Part shown: piece by piece, positions 37,529 to 47,618 of the stretch
Layout: each line of letters begins with the position of its first letter
How positions within the stretch are numbered: the first letter of the stretch is position 1
Source: Candidatus Multivoradales bacterium
Lineage (GTDB): Bacteria > Acidobacteriota > Thermoanaerobaculia > Multivoradales > Multivoraceae
Length of the DNA stretch: 64,000 nucleotides
Direction of reading: 5' to 3'
Assembly: GCA_965223325.1 (NCBI GenBank)
Contig: CBDCWI010000002.1
Location: 1,216,001 to 1,280,000, forward strand
The notes under the pieces: generated by a model
What the model saw: only the letters and a program-made list of their open reading frames with translations
Databases searched by the model: none
What the model was told of the DNA's origin: nothing
Translations under genes and position numbers: made by a program

Positions 37529-39145
37529 ATGACGGGCGCCTCCACGACATCAGAGCCTCAGCCGCTCGCCCGGCGCCTGGCACTGGCGCTCGCCGGGACC
37601 AAGGTCGCGGTCCACTCCGCGCTGCTCGGGCGCTATGGCATTCACGGCGACGAGATGTACTTCCTCGACTGCGGGCGCCACCTGGCTGCTGGATATGTCG
37701 ATCACGGTCCGTTGGTACCCTGGATCGCGCGCCTCGTCGAGGTCACACTCGGCGACAGCGCCGCCTTCTTACGCATTCCCTCGACGCTCGCCGGCGCGCT
37801 CACCATCGTGCTCGCAATGCTTTTGGCGGCCCAGCTCGGCGGCAGGCGCTGGGCGCAGGGGATCGCGGGCTTGTGCGTTCTGGTCGCACCGGTCTACCTG
37901 CGCGCGCAAAGCCTCCTGAGCCTGCCTGCCTTCGAACCGCTCTACTGGACGGCGGCAAGTCTGCTCGCGCTGTGGGCGCTTTCCCGCGACGCTCGGCTGT
38001 GGCTGGCGGTCGGCGCGGTTGCGGGGTTTGGCCTGCTCAACAAGCACACCATGGCCGTGTGGGGAGTTGCCGTTCTCCTGGGCATGTTGCTCTCACCGGC
38101 CCGCACGGCACTCCGTCGGCCGTGGCCGTGGCTGGGCGGCGCGATGGCCTTTCTGGTGTTTCTTCCCAACCTTCTCTGGCAGATCTCTAACGGTGCCCCA
38201 ACCCTGGCGTTCCTTTCTTCGATGCAAAGCGGCGTGTTGGCTGAGATTCCCCGCTCATTGTTCGTTCTCGGGCAGGTGCTCTACCAGCATCCGCTGACGC
38301 TGCCGATCTGGCTGACGGGCGTGGTCTTCTTCTTTCGCGGCCCCGGCGAAAGTCGGTTTCTTGGCTGGCTATGTGGCCTGAGCTTTCTCATTTTCTTCGT
38401 GCTGCACTCCAAGCCGTACTACCTGGCCCCGGTTTATCCGCTCCTCTACGCCGGCGGCGCGATCGCCATCGAACGCTGGCTCGACCGGTCGCCTACCAGA
38501 CTCAGGTCTGTGCGTTGGCTTCGCTGGCTGGTTCCTGGAGCCCTCGCCGCCGGAGGAGTTCTCACCGGCCTCTTTGCACTACCGGTGCTGCCGCTTGCGC
38601 GGGCCGACGCGCTTCTTACGCCGCTTACCCGCCCGGTTCTCGAGGACCCGGCCGATCTGACCAGCGAGTTCCACGAGCAACATGGCTGGCGAGAGCTCGC
38701 CGAAGGCGTCGACGACTTCGTCGGCGCCCTCTCCTCCGATCTTCAGTCCGAAGTGGTCATCCTGGCCTGGGGCTATGTCGAAGCTGGCGCCGTGGCACGC
38801 TTCTCACGAACCGCGCAGACGAGGCCTGTCTTGAGCGGTCACCTCACCTGGTGGCTGTGGGGACCGGGTGACGCAAGCGATCGAGCCATTGTCGCGGTCG
38901 GCTTTGATCCCGAAGACCTCGGTGAATGGTGCCCCAAGCCGCAAAAACTCATGCGCCTCGGAGCCGAAGCCGCCGGAGAACCTGGAGGCGACCAGAGCTC
39001 GCGGCAAGGGTCGCGACACCTGGCGCCACGCTGGCAGCGCGATCTTCCGATCGCGCTGTGTGAAGGCCGGGGCGAGCCGATCGAGCGCATATGGCCCGAG
39101 CTTCAACGCTACGAGCATCGACCTCGCGCCCAGCTCATCCGCTGA
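37529..39145 (+). CDS. GT-C fold membrane glycosyltransferase (GT39/ArnT-like)
   Basis: 'DE.Y', 'GYVDH.PL', many TM helices, 'KPYY..P.YP'. Confidence 0.85.
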   Translation: MTGASTTSEPQPLARRLALALAGTKVAVHSALLGRYGIHGDEMYFLDCGRHLAAGYVDHGPLVPWIARLVEVTLGDSAAFLRIPSTLAGALTIVLAMLLAAQLGGRRWAQGIAGLCVLVAPVYLRAQSLLSLPAFEPLYWTAASLLALWALSRDARLWLAVGAVAGFGLLNKHTMAVWGVAVLLGMLLSPARTALRRPWPWLGGAMAFLVFLPNLLWQISNGAPTLAFLSSMQSGVLAEIPRSLFVLGQVLYQHPLTLPIWLTGVVFFFRGPGESRFLGWLCGLSFLIFFVLHSKPYYLAPVYPLLYAGGAIAIERWLDRSPTRLRSVRWLRWLVPGALAAGGVLTGLFALPVLPLARADALLTPLTRPVLEDPADLTSEFHEQHGWRELAEGVDDFVGALSSDLQSEVVILAWGYVEAGAVARFSRTAQTRPVLSGHLTWWLWGPGDASDRAIVAVGFDPEDLGEWCPKPQKLMRLGAEAAGEPGGDQSSRQGSRHLAPRWQRDLPIALCEGRGEPIERIWPELQRYEHRPRAQLIR

Positions 39146-39225
39146 TCACCCACCCGCCTGGTACTCCACCTGCGGTAGCGTGATCGCCTCTCGCAACGTT
39201 CATTCATTCCTCGGAGGCGCTCGCT

Positions 39226-40122
39226 TTGACTATGCCTGCTCTCTCACTCGCCGCGATTCCCAAGCGTCGGCGAGCAATTCTCGACCTGGCGCCGGAAGTC
39301 GAGCGCCGTGGCTGGAACGGCATCTGGTGCCCGAGCCTGGGCGACAACATGTCGTTGGCGCTGGCTCTCGCGATGGCGACCGAGCGGATCGAGATTGCGA
39401 CTTCGATCGCGCCGATCTACCTTCGCCATCCATCAGACTGGGCACAGGCGGCGGCGTTTTTACACGAGATCTCAGAAGGTCGCTTCCGGTTTGGAGTCGG
39501 GGTGAGCCACGGCCCGGTCCACGACCGGCTCCAGATCACACCTGGGAAACCGCTTTCGGACATGCGACGTTTCGTTGGTGCGCTGCGCGAGGTCCCGCGT
39601 ATCGGTGAGCTGCCACCCGTCATTCTCGCCACGCTGCGCGACAAGATGCTGGGGCTTTCAGCCGAGATCGCGGAAGGCGCCGTGTTTGCCAACGGTGCCC
39701 TTTCTCACATGCCGCACTCGCTTGCGGTGCTCGACGACAAGGGTCGCGGCAGCGACTTCGTCGTCGCAAACATGCTGCCAACCGTCATCTCGAATGACTC
39801 ACAAGCCGCAGCGGCACGCAACCGCAGAACCCTTGCCGGCTACGTCGCGCTCCCCAACTACCGCAACTACTGGCGTGCAGCCGGCTTCGAGGAAGAAATG
39901 GACCAGGCCGAGAAGGCCCTCGCGGCTGGCGACCAGGACGCCTTGCAGGCGGCGATGTCGGACCGCTGGCTGCGGAACGTCACGCTCTACGGTTCGGTCG
40001 AACAGGTGAGAGACGGGGTCGCCGCCTGGTACGAAGCCGGGGTGACACCGATCCTCGTGCCGTCGTCAGCGAGCGGCAACCAGCTACAGGCCATCCAGGA
40101 AGTCTTTGACGCCTTCGCCTGA
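39226..40122 (+). CDS. LLM-class flavin-dependent oxidoreductase
   Basis: 'ATERI..ATSI..IY.R.P', 'SEGRF.FG.G.SH'. Confidence 0.85.
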   Translation: MTMPALSLAAIPKRRRAILDLAPEVERRGWNGIWCPSLGDNMSLALALAMATERIEIATSIAPIYLRHPSDWAQAAAFLHEISEGRFRFGVGVSHGPVHDRLQITPGKPLSDMRRFVGALREVPRIGELPPVILATLRDKMLGLSAEIAEGAVFANGALSHMPHSLAVLDDKGRGSDFVVANMLPTVISNDSQAAAARNRRTLAGYVALPNYRNYWRAAGFEEEMDQAEKALAAGDQDALQAAMSDRWLRNVTLYGSVEQVRDGVAAWYEAGVTPILVPSSASGNQLQAIQEVFDAFA

Positions 40123-40145
40123 CTTACTCCGGCCGGTCCCAGAGG

Positions 40146-41864
40146 TCACGAGCCGACGGGGCCGATCTCTTCTGTGGCCCATTCGCGCAGGCCGTTGTAG
40201 TCCGCCTTGCCGTTGGCGGCCCGGCCGACGGGTCGAAAAAGAATGCGGCGCGGCGCCTTGTAGGGTGCAAGCTCGCTTCTCACCCACGCGGCGATGCGCT
40301 CGGCAGCTTCGGGCGGAGGTGCCGCTTCGGGTTCAACGTCGGCCTCGACGACCGCGGTGACCATCTGGCCGAAGCGCGGATGCGGCACACCGACGCAGAC
40401 CGCATCGCGGACCAGTTCGTGACGCTTGAGCACCTCCTCGACCTCTTCGGGAAAGACCTTCTCGCCGCCAGTGTTGATGCACACCGAACCACGGCCAAGG
40501 AGCTGAATCGAGCCGTCCGCCTCGATCGTCGCCCAGTCTCCCGGTATGGAGTAGCGCACGCCGTCGTACGTCGGAAAGGTGGCGGCGGTCTTTTCAGGAT
40601 CCTTGTAGTAGCCGACCGGCAGGTAGCCGAAAATCGCCACCCGGCCGCGTTCACCGCTCCCCGGCCGCACGCGGCGACCGTCTTCGGTGAGCACACAGGC
40701 ACGGTCGCCGAGAGTGAACGAAGCGGTTCCGGCGGCGGCCTCGCCAGTCGACTCCGACTTGCCCATTCCAATCGCCTCCGACGATCCGAGGCCGTCGGCA
40801 AGTACGACCTCCGGGTGATGCCGCAACATGCCGCGCTTGACTTCCTCGCTCCACATGACGCCTGACGACACGACACTCAAGAGACTGGTGATGTCCCAGC
40901 GCCCGGGTTCGGCGTCGAGGGCCTCGACCATCGGGCGGCCAAAGGCGTCACCAACGATCGCCATCGCCTGCACCTTTTCCTGCTCAATCACATCGAGCAC
41001 GAACTCGGGGCGATAGCTGCGCTCACCCAGGGTCACCACAGAACCGCCGCCGAGTAGAGCACCCAGGGCGGTCAGAAAGCCCGTGCCGTGCATCAGCGGA
41101 CAGGCCGGTAGTTGAACGGGACGGGTGAGCTTCGCTTCGTACTGATTCTCGAGACCAACCAGTCCGCCGGTGAGATCGAAAGGCTCGAGGCGACCGGCGT
41201 TCATGATCCGCCAGAGATCGTCGTGGCGCCACATGACGCCCTTTGGCATGCCGGTGGTGCCGCCGGTGTAGAGAATCCACAGGTCATCGCCGTCGCGTTT
41301 CCAGGGCGGAGAAAACGCATCGACACCGCCTCCGACAACGTCTTCGTAGGGCACCGCCCACTCCGGACACGGCGAACCATCGTCGTCGACCTGAATCCAG
41401 ACAGACACGCCGGGAACCTTTCGGCGAACGAGAGCGGCGCGTTTTGCCAACGAGCTGTGGAAGATCACCGCCTCCGCGTCGGCGTTGTCCCACAGGTAGA
41501 CCAGCTCGGACTCGACATAGCGATAGTTGGTGTTGACCGGGACCAGCGATGCCTTGAAACAACCGAAGACCGACTCCATGTACTCGGGGCCGTTCCACAG
41601 GTACTGCGCCACCTTGCCTTGCCGAGTGCAGCCACGTTCGACCAGATAGCGCGCCAGGGCGTTGGCGCGCTTGTCCATGGCGCGATAGTCGAAGCGTCGC
41701 ACAGCATGTCCGCCAGAAGTCTGGTCGTCAGGCGGAACGCGGCGAACGTAGGCCTGCGCTGGCGCGGTGGGATCATCTCGCACCAGAGCCTCGAAGAGAT
41801 CGGCGAGATTCCACTCGGTACTGCCGACGACGATGTCCTCGGGGGACTCTGGGTTCTCTGACAT
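40146..41864 (-). CDS. Acyl-CoA synthetase (FadD19-like)
   Basis: 'YTGGTTGMPKGVMW', 'GYYKDP.KT', 'GRGS.CINTGGEKV.PEEVE'. Confidence 0.92.
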   Translation of the reverse strand: MSENPESPEDIVVGSTEWNLADLFEALVRDDPTAPAQAYVRRVPPDDQTSGGHAVRRFDYRAMDKRANALARYLVERGCTRQGKVAQYLWNGPEYMESVFGCFKASLVPVNTNYRYVESELVYLWDNADAEAVIFHSSLAKRAALVRRKVPGVSVWIQVDDDGSPCPEWAVPYEDVVGGGVDAFSPPWKRDGDDLWILYTGGTTGMPKGVMWRHDDLWRIMNAGRLEPFDLTGGLVGLENQYEAKLTRPVQLPACPLMHGTGFLTALGALLGGGSVVTLGERSYRPEFVLDVIEQEKVQAMAIVGDAFGRPMVEALDAEPGRWDITSLLSVVSSGVMWSEEVKRGMLRHHPEVVLADGLGSSEAIGMGKSESTGEAAAGTASFTLGDRACVLTEDGRRVRPGSGERGRVAIFGYLPVGYYKDPEKTAATFPTYDGVRYSIPGDWATIEADGSIQLLGRGSVCINTGGEKVFPEEVEEVLKRHELVRDAVCVGVPHPRFGQMVTAVVEADVEPEAAPPPEAAERIAAWVRSELAPYKAPRRILFRPVGRAANGKADYNGLREWATEEIGPVGS

Positions 41865-41932
41865 GGCTCAGCGGCGCTCTCAACAACGTTCTGTTTTGAT
41901 ACAGCCTACCGCGATGTTCTCACCCCGCCCGG

Positions 41933-43027
41933 CTACGGCTCGACGAGGATCTTGGCGTGCCGTTCGGCTGACTCGAGTTCCCTGAAGGCGTCTCGAACCC
42001 CATCGAGACCGACGGTGCCGGTAATCAGCTCGCGCGCTCCGATCCGGCCGGCGGCGAGGTCCTCGAGAGTCACTTTGAACTCGGCGGGGGTGCTGCCGAG
42101 TGTGAACTGCAGCGACAGCTCCTTGTTGATGCCATAGAGCGGCCTGAAGTGATCGGTCTGCATGCACACACCGACCACGACGATCCGTGCCGAGCGCGGC
42201 GCCTGGCGCATCAGCGAGTCGATCATGCCCGGTGTTCCCACGCATTCGAAGATCACCGCCGGTCGAAGCGCCGGCCCCGCGGGCATGAAGCTGAGCTCTG
42301 GCGGTGGGATGTGCGGCGGGACGCTCGCGGGATCGATCGACGCGGCCGCGGCCCAGGGTTCGATCGGGTCGCCCGCTGCCGGATCGACAACCACGTCTGC
42401 CCCCAGGAGAGCGGCGAGTTCCCGGCGACGTGGCGAAAAGTCCGCGGCGACGATTGGCTCGGCACCCGCCAGTCGCAGAGCGGCGATTACCGCCAGGCCT
42501 ACCGGACCGCAACCGACCACCAACGGTGTGTCACCGGGCTGAAGACGTGCCAGAGCAACGGCATGACGACCGACGGCCAGCGGTTCGGTCAACGCCGCGT
42601 ACTCGGTCGCCAGCCCGTTCGGCACCTCGACCAGAGTCTCTTCGCGCAGCACCATGTACTCACCGAAACCACCCGGCAGATCGTTGTGGTACCCGACGGT
42701 GGCCGCCTGGCCGTGACGCAGGCCGAGAGGAATGCCACACACCCGCGTTCCCGGCGAGAGCACTCTCTGACACCCCGGTCCGAAGTCGACGACCTCGGCG
42801 CAATACTCGTGCCCCATCACCACGTCGCGATCGAGGTCCATCCCGAACTCGGTCTCGCCGGCGGCCAACGACGCCTCCATCATTTCGCGACCATGAACGC
42901 GCGCATGCAGGTCTGAGCCGCAGATTCCACAGGCGAGGGTACGCACGACCACCTCGGCGTGCTCGGGCACCGGGTCTGGCACAAGGTCGACGACGATCTC
43001 GCCGGCGCGCAAGACGGCAGCCTTCAT
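41933..43027 (-). CDS. Zinc-dependent MDR dehydrogenase
   Basis: CGICGSDLH, GHE, GCGPVG; lacks the structural 4-Cys zinc site. Confidence 0.9.
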   Translation of the reverse strand: MKAAVLRAGEIVVDLVPDPVPEHAEVVVRTLACGICGSDLHARVHGREMMEASLAAGETEFGMDLDRDVVMGHEYCAEVVDFGPGCQRVLSPGTRVCGIPLGLRHGQAATVGYHNDLPGGFGEYMVLREETLVEVPNGLATEYAALTEPLAVGRHAVALARLQPGDTPLVVGCGPVGLAVIAALRLAGAEPIVAADFSPRRRELAALLGADVVVDPAAGDPIEPWAAAASIDPASVPPHIPPPELSFMPAGPALRPAVIFECVGTPGMIDSLMRQAPRSARIVVVGVCMQTDHFRPLYGINKELSLQFTLGSTPAEFKVTLEDLAAGRIGARELITGTVGLDGVRDAFRELESAERHAKILVEP

Positions 43028-43049
43028 CTGTAGCGATCCTCTCCGCGCA

Positions 43050-44315
43050 TCAACGGCCGGCCTCGGCCGCGCCGAAGGTCGGCGACGGAACCTCGGCCTT
43101 CTCAACCGACGCCTCAACGACCGGCACCTGCTCGCGGGCGAGCGTCGGCATGACCTTCTTGCGCGCCAACGCAGCCTCGATGTAGGGCGCCAGTTCGGCC
43201 TCCTTCTTGGTAGCTCTCGCGGCCTCGCGCTCACGAAACTCGGGCATCACGTCGGAAGCGAACAGTTCCAACGACGAGCAGATGTGCTCGTGACGGTTGC
43301 GCCCCGCCTGTTGCAGACAGATCACCTGATCGACGCCCGCCTCTTCGAAGCCGCGCAGGTGGCGCCGCATGTCGGCTGGGGTTCCGATGGACGCTCGGTA
43401 GTCCTCTCCTAGAGCCTCTGCGGCCCGCACCAGTTCTTCGCTGCGGTCGCCGCGCTGGGCGATGAACTCGCCCCAGAGATCGGTGTGCCCTGGAATGGTG
43501 TCGCTGGCCACCAAAGCGTTGAGGGCAAAGCTGAAGAACTCGAAGCCCTCGGACCCACGCCGGATCGCCTCGGCGCGGTCTGGATGGAGCGAAAAACTCG
43601 ACACCATCGCCACGTTGGCATTGACGCGATGGCCGATCGGGCGGCACTGCTCGCTCTTGATGATGTCGTAGTAGATGCCCATCCAGGACATCGCCTCCTC
43701 GGGATCGAGAAACGAGAACGCCAGGGCACCGACGCCGAGACTCGCCGCGACCTTGATCGTGTCGCGGTTCGTACACGCCATCCACATCGGTGGGTGCGGT
43801 TTCTGCAATGGCTTCGGCAGGACGTTGCGACACGGCATCGAGAAGGCCTCGCCGTCGTAGCCTGGGTAAGGCTCCATCACCATCATGTTGGCGATCTGCT
43901 CGGCAGATTCGATCGCCAGGGCACGCTTCCGCTTGGTAGGAATGCCAAAACCACCGAGCTCGAGGCGGGTGGCTCCCTCCCCGATCCCGAAGTCCACCCG
44001 CCCGTTCGACACCAGATCGAGAGTTGCAATGCCCTCGGCGGTACGGGCTGGATGGTTGTAGTGCGGGATCACCTGGCGAATGCCATGACCGAGTCGAATG
44101 TTCTCAGTGCGTGCCGCAGCTGCCGCCAACAGCACCTCGGGGCTCGAACAGTGCGAGTACTCGTCGAGAAAGTGGTGCTCGACCGCCCAGGCGTAGTCGA
44201 AACCCAGGCGGTCGGCGAGCTCGACCTGCTCGAGGGCCTCCTGGAAGAGGCGGTGTTCGTCGCCCTCGTTCCATGGTCTGGGGAGTTGCTGCTCGTAGAA
44301 GATGCCGAACTTCAT
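43050..44315 (-). CDS. LLM-class flavin-dependent oxidoreductase
   Basis: 'MKFGIFYE.Q', 'VEHHF..EYSH', 'PKP.QKPHPP.W'. Confidence 0.92.
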   Translation of the reverse strand: MKFGIFYEQQLPRPWNEGDEHRLFQEALEQVELADRLGFDYAWAVEHHFLDEYSHCSSPEVLLAAAAARTENIRLGHGIRQVIPHYNHPARTAEGIATLDLVSNGRVDFGIGEGATRLELGGFGIPTKRKRALAIESAEQIANMMVMEPYPGYDGEAFSMPCRNVLPKPLQKPHPPMWMACTNRDTIKVAASLGVGALAFSFLDPEEAMSWMGIYYDIIKSEQCRPIGHRVNANVAMVSSFSLHPDRAEAIRRGSEGFEFFSFALNALVASDTIPGHTDLWGEFIAQRGDRSEELVRAAEALGEDYRASIGTPADMRRHLRGFEEAGVDQVICLQQAGRNRHEHICSSLELFASDVMPEFREREAARATKKEAELAPYIEAALARKKVMPTLAREQVPVVEASVEKAEVPSPTFGAAEAGR

Positions 44316-44603
44316 CAGTTGATCCTCGAGAGAGATGGGGAGCGTAGTCGCTGGGAAACAAAGGAAAGCAGGCCGGACCCGCCGCCTCGACCACTGTACC
44401 GGCGCGACCCTACGCAATGCCTTCGGTGACTCGCGACGGGCCGCGGCCGGCGCCGTTGACCTGGGCCTGCCTGGTTGAGTCCTCGGACCAGCGTATCGCC
44501 CGCAGGGGCCCTGTGTTCTGCAGTGTTCCAGCGCTGGGGCTGTACTCTGCGGGCGCACACCCCTTGGACCTCGAACCGACCTCAACGACCCGAGAGACTT
44601 CTG

Positions 44604-45746
44604 ATGACCGAACTTCCTGCGCGCCAACTCCAACTGCAGTCGACGATCACCAAGGGCGGCGAGCTCCGCCTCGAGCTCGTCGAGGTTCCCACTCCCGAGC
44701 TCCGCGACCAGGACGTTCTGGTGCGGGTCGAGGCGAGCCCCATCAACCCCTCGGACCTCGGGCTCCTCTTCGGGGTTGCCGACATGTCGACCGCCCGCGC
44801 TACCGGCACCGATCAAAAACCTGAGATCACTGCCGACGTGCCGGAGAAGGTTCTCGGCGCGATGGCGGGCCGCCTTGACCAGGCGATGCCGGTGGGCAAC
44901 GAAGGCTGCGGCGTGGTCGTGGCTACCGGCTCGGATGAAGCGGCCCAGGCGCTCCTCGGCAAGACCGTGGCAATCCTCGGCGGCGCCATGTACTCCCAGT
45001 ACCGCGCCACCCCCGCCGCCGGTTGCCTGGTTCTTCCCGATGGAACCGACCCTGCGGCCGGTGCGTCGTGCTTCGTCAATCCGCTGACCGCCCTCGGCAT
45101 GGTCGAAACGATGCAACGTGAAGGGCACAGCGCGCTGGTGCACACTGCCGCAGCGTCGAACCTCGGCCAGATGCTCCAGAAAATCTGTCTCGCCGATGGA
45201 ATCGACCTGGTCAATATCGTCCGTCGCGAAGAACAAGCGCAGGTCTTGCGCGATCTCGGAGCGAAGCACGTCTGCGACTCGAGTGCCGAGACCTTTCGCT
45301 CCGACCTCGCCCGCGCGCTCGCTCAGTCGGGCGCCACCCTCGCCTTCGACGCCATCGGCGGCGGGCGCCTGGCCTCGGACATTCTGGCGGCGATGGAGGT
45401 CGCCGCGAGTCAGAACGCCGACACCTACAGCCGCTATGGATCGACCGTTCACAAGCAGGTCTACATCTACGGCGGCCTCGACCGCGGGCCAACGGAACTC
45501 CGCCGTGCCTACGGCATGGCCTGGGGCATCGGGGGCTGGCTGCTGCCGATCTTCCTCGACCGCGTCGGTCCCGAAGTCGGTGCGCGCATGCGGCAGCGGG
45601 TTGCCAACGAACTCCACACCACCTTCGCGAGCTCCTACGCACGCGAGATCTCACTCTTCGAGGCACTCGATCTCGACAACATCGCGATCTACGGCAAGCA
45701 GGCCACCGGCGAGAAGTTCCTGGTGCGTCCCAACAAGGGACTCTGA
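44604..45746 (+). CDS. MDR-family NAD(P)H oxidoreductase (enoyl/quinone reductase-like)
   Basis: 'PINPSD', 'GNEG.G', 'VNPLTA', 'TAAASNLG'. Confidence 0.85.
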   Translation: MTELPARQLQLQSTITKGGELRLELVEVPTPELRDQDVLVRVEASPINPSDLGLLFGVADMSTARATGTDQKPEITADVPEKVLGAMAGRLDQAMPVGNEGCGVVVATGSDEAAQALLGKTVAILGGAMYSQYRATPAAGCLVLPDGTDPAAGASCFVNPLTALGMVETMQREGHSALVHTAAASNLGQMLQKICLADGIDLVNIVRREEQAQVLRDLGAKHVCDSSAETFRSDLARALAQSGATLAFDAIGGGRLASDILAAMEVAASQNADTYSRYGSTVHKQVYIYGGLDRGPTELRRAYGMAWGIGGWLLPIFLDRVGPEVGARMRQRVANELHTTFASSYAREISLFEALDLDNIAIYGKQATGEKFLVRPNKGL

Positions 45747-45747
45747 A

Positions 45748-46545
45748 GTGGAACGGCTGAGCAACTACCAGACCCTCCAGTTCGAACGCTCTGACCGCGT
45801 CCTCACCATGACGCTTCAAGGTGCCCCACCGGTGAACGGCGTCACCGAACGCATGCACGAAGAGCTCGCGACGGTGTTCTTCGACCTGCAGCGTGACGAG
45901 GGAAGCGATCTGATCGTCATGACTGGCCAGGGGCGTGCCTTCTGTGCCGGCGCTGATATGGCGTTCTTCGAGCGCATGATCGACGACCCGAAGATCCTGC
46001 GCGACATGCTGCCCGACGCCAAGCGCATCATTCATGGCCTGATCGACCTCGAGAAACCCATCATCTGCCGCATGAACGGCGCCGCCGCAGGGTTGGGAGC
46101 CAGCCTTGCTCTCCTCTCTGACATCATCGTTGCCGACGAGACGTCGAAGATCGGTGATCCGCATGTCAAGGTCGGCCTGGTCGCCGGCGACGGCGGCGCA
46201 ATCATCTGGCCACAGCTCGTCGGCATGGCAAAGGCAAAGGAGCTCCTCCTGACCGGCGACATGATCACCGCCGGCGAGGCCGCCGACCTCGGGCTGATCA
46301 ACTACGCCGTCCCGGCACCGGAGCTCGACACCAAGGTCGAGGCTCTGGCGGCAAAGGTCCTCAGTAACCCCCGCTGGGCGGTGCGTTGGACCAAAACGGC
46401 GATGAACATCACCCTCCGCGACCTCGCCAACAAGATCAACGATGCGGCGATGGCCTACGAGCTGGTGAGCAACCTCACCGAAGACCGCAAAGAGGCGGTG
46501 CGCGCCTTCATCGAGAAGCGCGGGGCCCGGCTGACCGGCGAGTAG
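45748..46545 (+). CDS. Enoyl-CoA hydratase/isomerase (crotonase) family
   Basis: 'AFCAGAD', 'KP.I...NG.A.G.G', 'GL..GDGG'. Confidence 0.9.
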   Translation: MERLSNYQTLQFERSDRVLTMTLQGAPPVNGVTERMHEELATVFFDLQRDEGSDLIVMTGQGRAFCAGADMAFFERMIDDPKILRDMLPDAKRIIHGLIDLEKPIICRMNGAAAGLGASLALLSDIIVADETSKIGDPHVKVGLVAGDGGAIIWPQLVGMAKAKELLLTGDMITAGEAADLGLINYAVPAPELDTKVEALAAKVLSNPRWAVRWTKTAMNITLRDLANKINDAAMAYELVSNLTEDRKEAVRAFIEKRGARLTGE

Positions 46546-46721
46546 CGGGCCCACACCCTGCGGGCGAGCCTTCCACGCATCGCAACAGGTGCATACTCCG
46601 CGGTGGCGACCCCGGAAACGTATGATTGAGGGGCCGGCTCGCGCAGTCGGTCCTGCCCGTTTCCGCATCCCCGCGGCCCCACCCCCTCCTCAGCCTGACT
46701 CCCAGAAGGGCCTTAGCCTCC

Positions 46722-47618
46722 TTGATTGTCTGCCAGGGACTCACCAAGACCTATCGCAACGGCCACCGCGCCCTGGCGCCCCTCGACCTGACCGTCGACC
46801 AGGGTGTCGTGGGTCTCTTGGGGCCCAACGGGGCCGGGAAGACGACTCTCCTTTCGATGCTGGTCCTGGCACTCGAACCGAGCGCCGGGACCCGGGAGTG
46901 GTTCGGCCTCGACGACCGGCCGGCGCACCACGCAACCATTCGACCCTGGATCGGCTTTCTGCCTCAGGAGATGGACCTGGTAGCCGGCCTGACCGGTCGC
47001 GAGGTCCTCTACTTCGCTGCCCGGCTGCGCCAGGTCGACTTGACGCGCCACCAACTCGACCGGCGCATCACCGGGCTGCTGGCGGCGGTCGGGCTCGAAC
47101 AAGACGGTAACCGTCGGGCCGATCACTACTCGGGCGGCATGCAACGACGACTCGGAACGGCCATGGCCCTCGTGCACCGGCCGCGCTTCCTGGTCGTCGA
47201 CGAACCCACCGCCGGCCTCGATCCTGAAGAACGGTTGCGCTTTCGCGCCCTGGTGACCGAGCTCGGAGACCGCATTCCAGTGCTCCTCTCGACACACATC
47301 GTCGAAGACATCGAGGCCACCTGTCCACGGCTGGTGATCCTCGAAGAAGGTCAGGCCATCTTCGACGATGGGCCGGGGGTGCTCTTCGAGGCAACGGCCG
47401 GCAAAGTCTGGCGCCTGCCACCCGACGCTGCCGACCGGCAAACCGACGCACCGGTCATCGGCCGTGCCAGTGACGGCGAACGGCCGTGCGACGTAGTGTG
47501 GAGCGCCGGACCGCCCGCCGGCTTCGCCGGCGACGAAGTGACATTGCTCGAGCCGAGCCTCGAACAGGCCTATGCGGCCTGGCTCGCCGCCAGCAACGCC
47601 CGGAAGGTGGCGGCATGA
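46722..47618 (+). CDS. ABC-2 type ATP-binding protein
   Basis: GPNGAGKT, YSGGM, VDEPT, STH. Confidence 0.93.
   Translation: MIVCQGLTKTYRNGHRALAPLDLTVDQGVVGLLGPNGAGKTTLLSMLVLALEPSAGTREWFGLDDRPAHHATIRPWIGFLPQEMDLVAGLTGREVLYFAARLRQVDLTRHQLDRRITGLLAAVGLEQDGNRRADHYSGGMQRRLGTAMALVHRPRFLVVDEPTAGLDPEERLRFRALVTELGDRIPVLLSTHIVEDIEATCPRLVILEEGQAIFDDGPGVLFEATAGKVWRLPPDAADRQTDAPVIGRASDGERPCDVVWSAGPPAGFAGDEVTLLEPSLEQAYAAWLAASNARKVAA

Noticed and set aside
39159-39174. Possible sigma54 promoter TGGTACT-CCAC-CTGC before the LLM gene
   Set aside because: Three mismatches to consensus; expected by chance in GC-rich DNA
43050-45617. 855-aa ORF suggesting an LLM fusion
   Set aside because: The N-terminal half is the antisense shadow of the plus-strand oxidoreductase; the real LLM starts at MKFGIF (44315)
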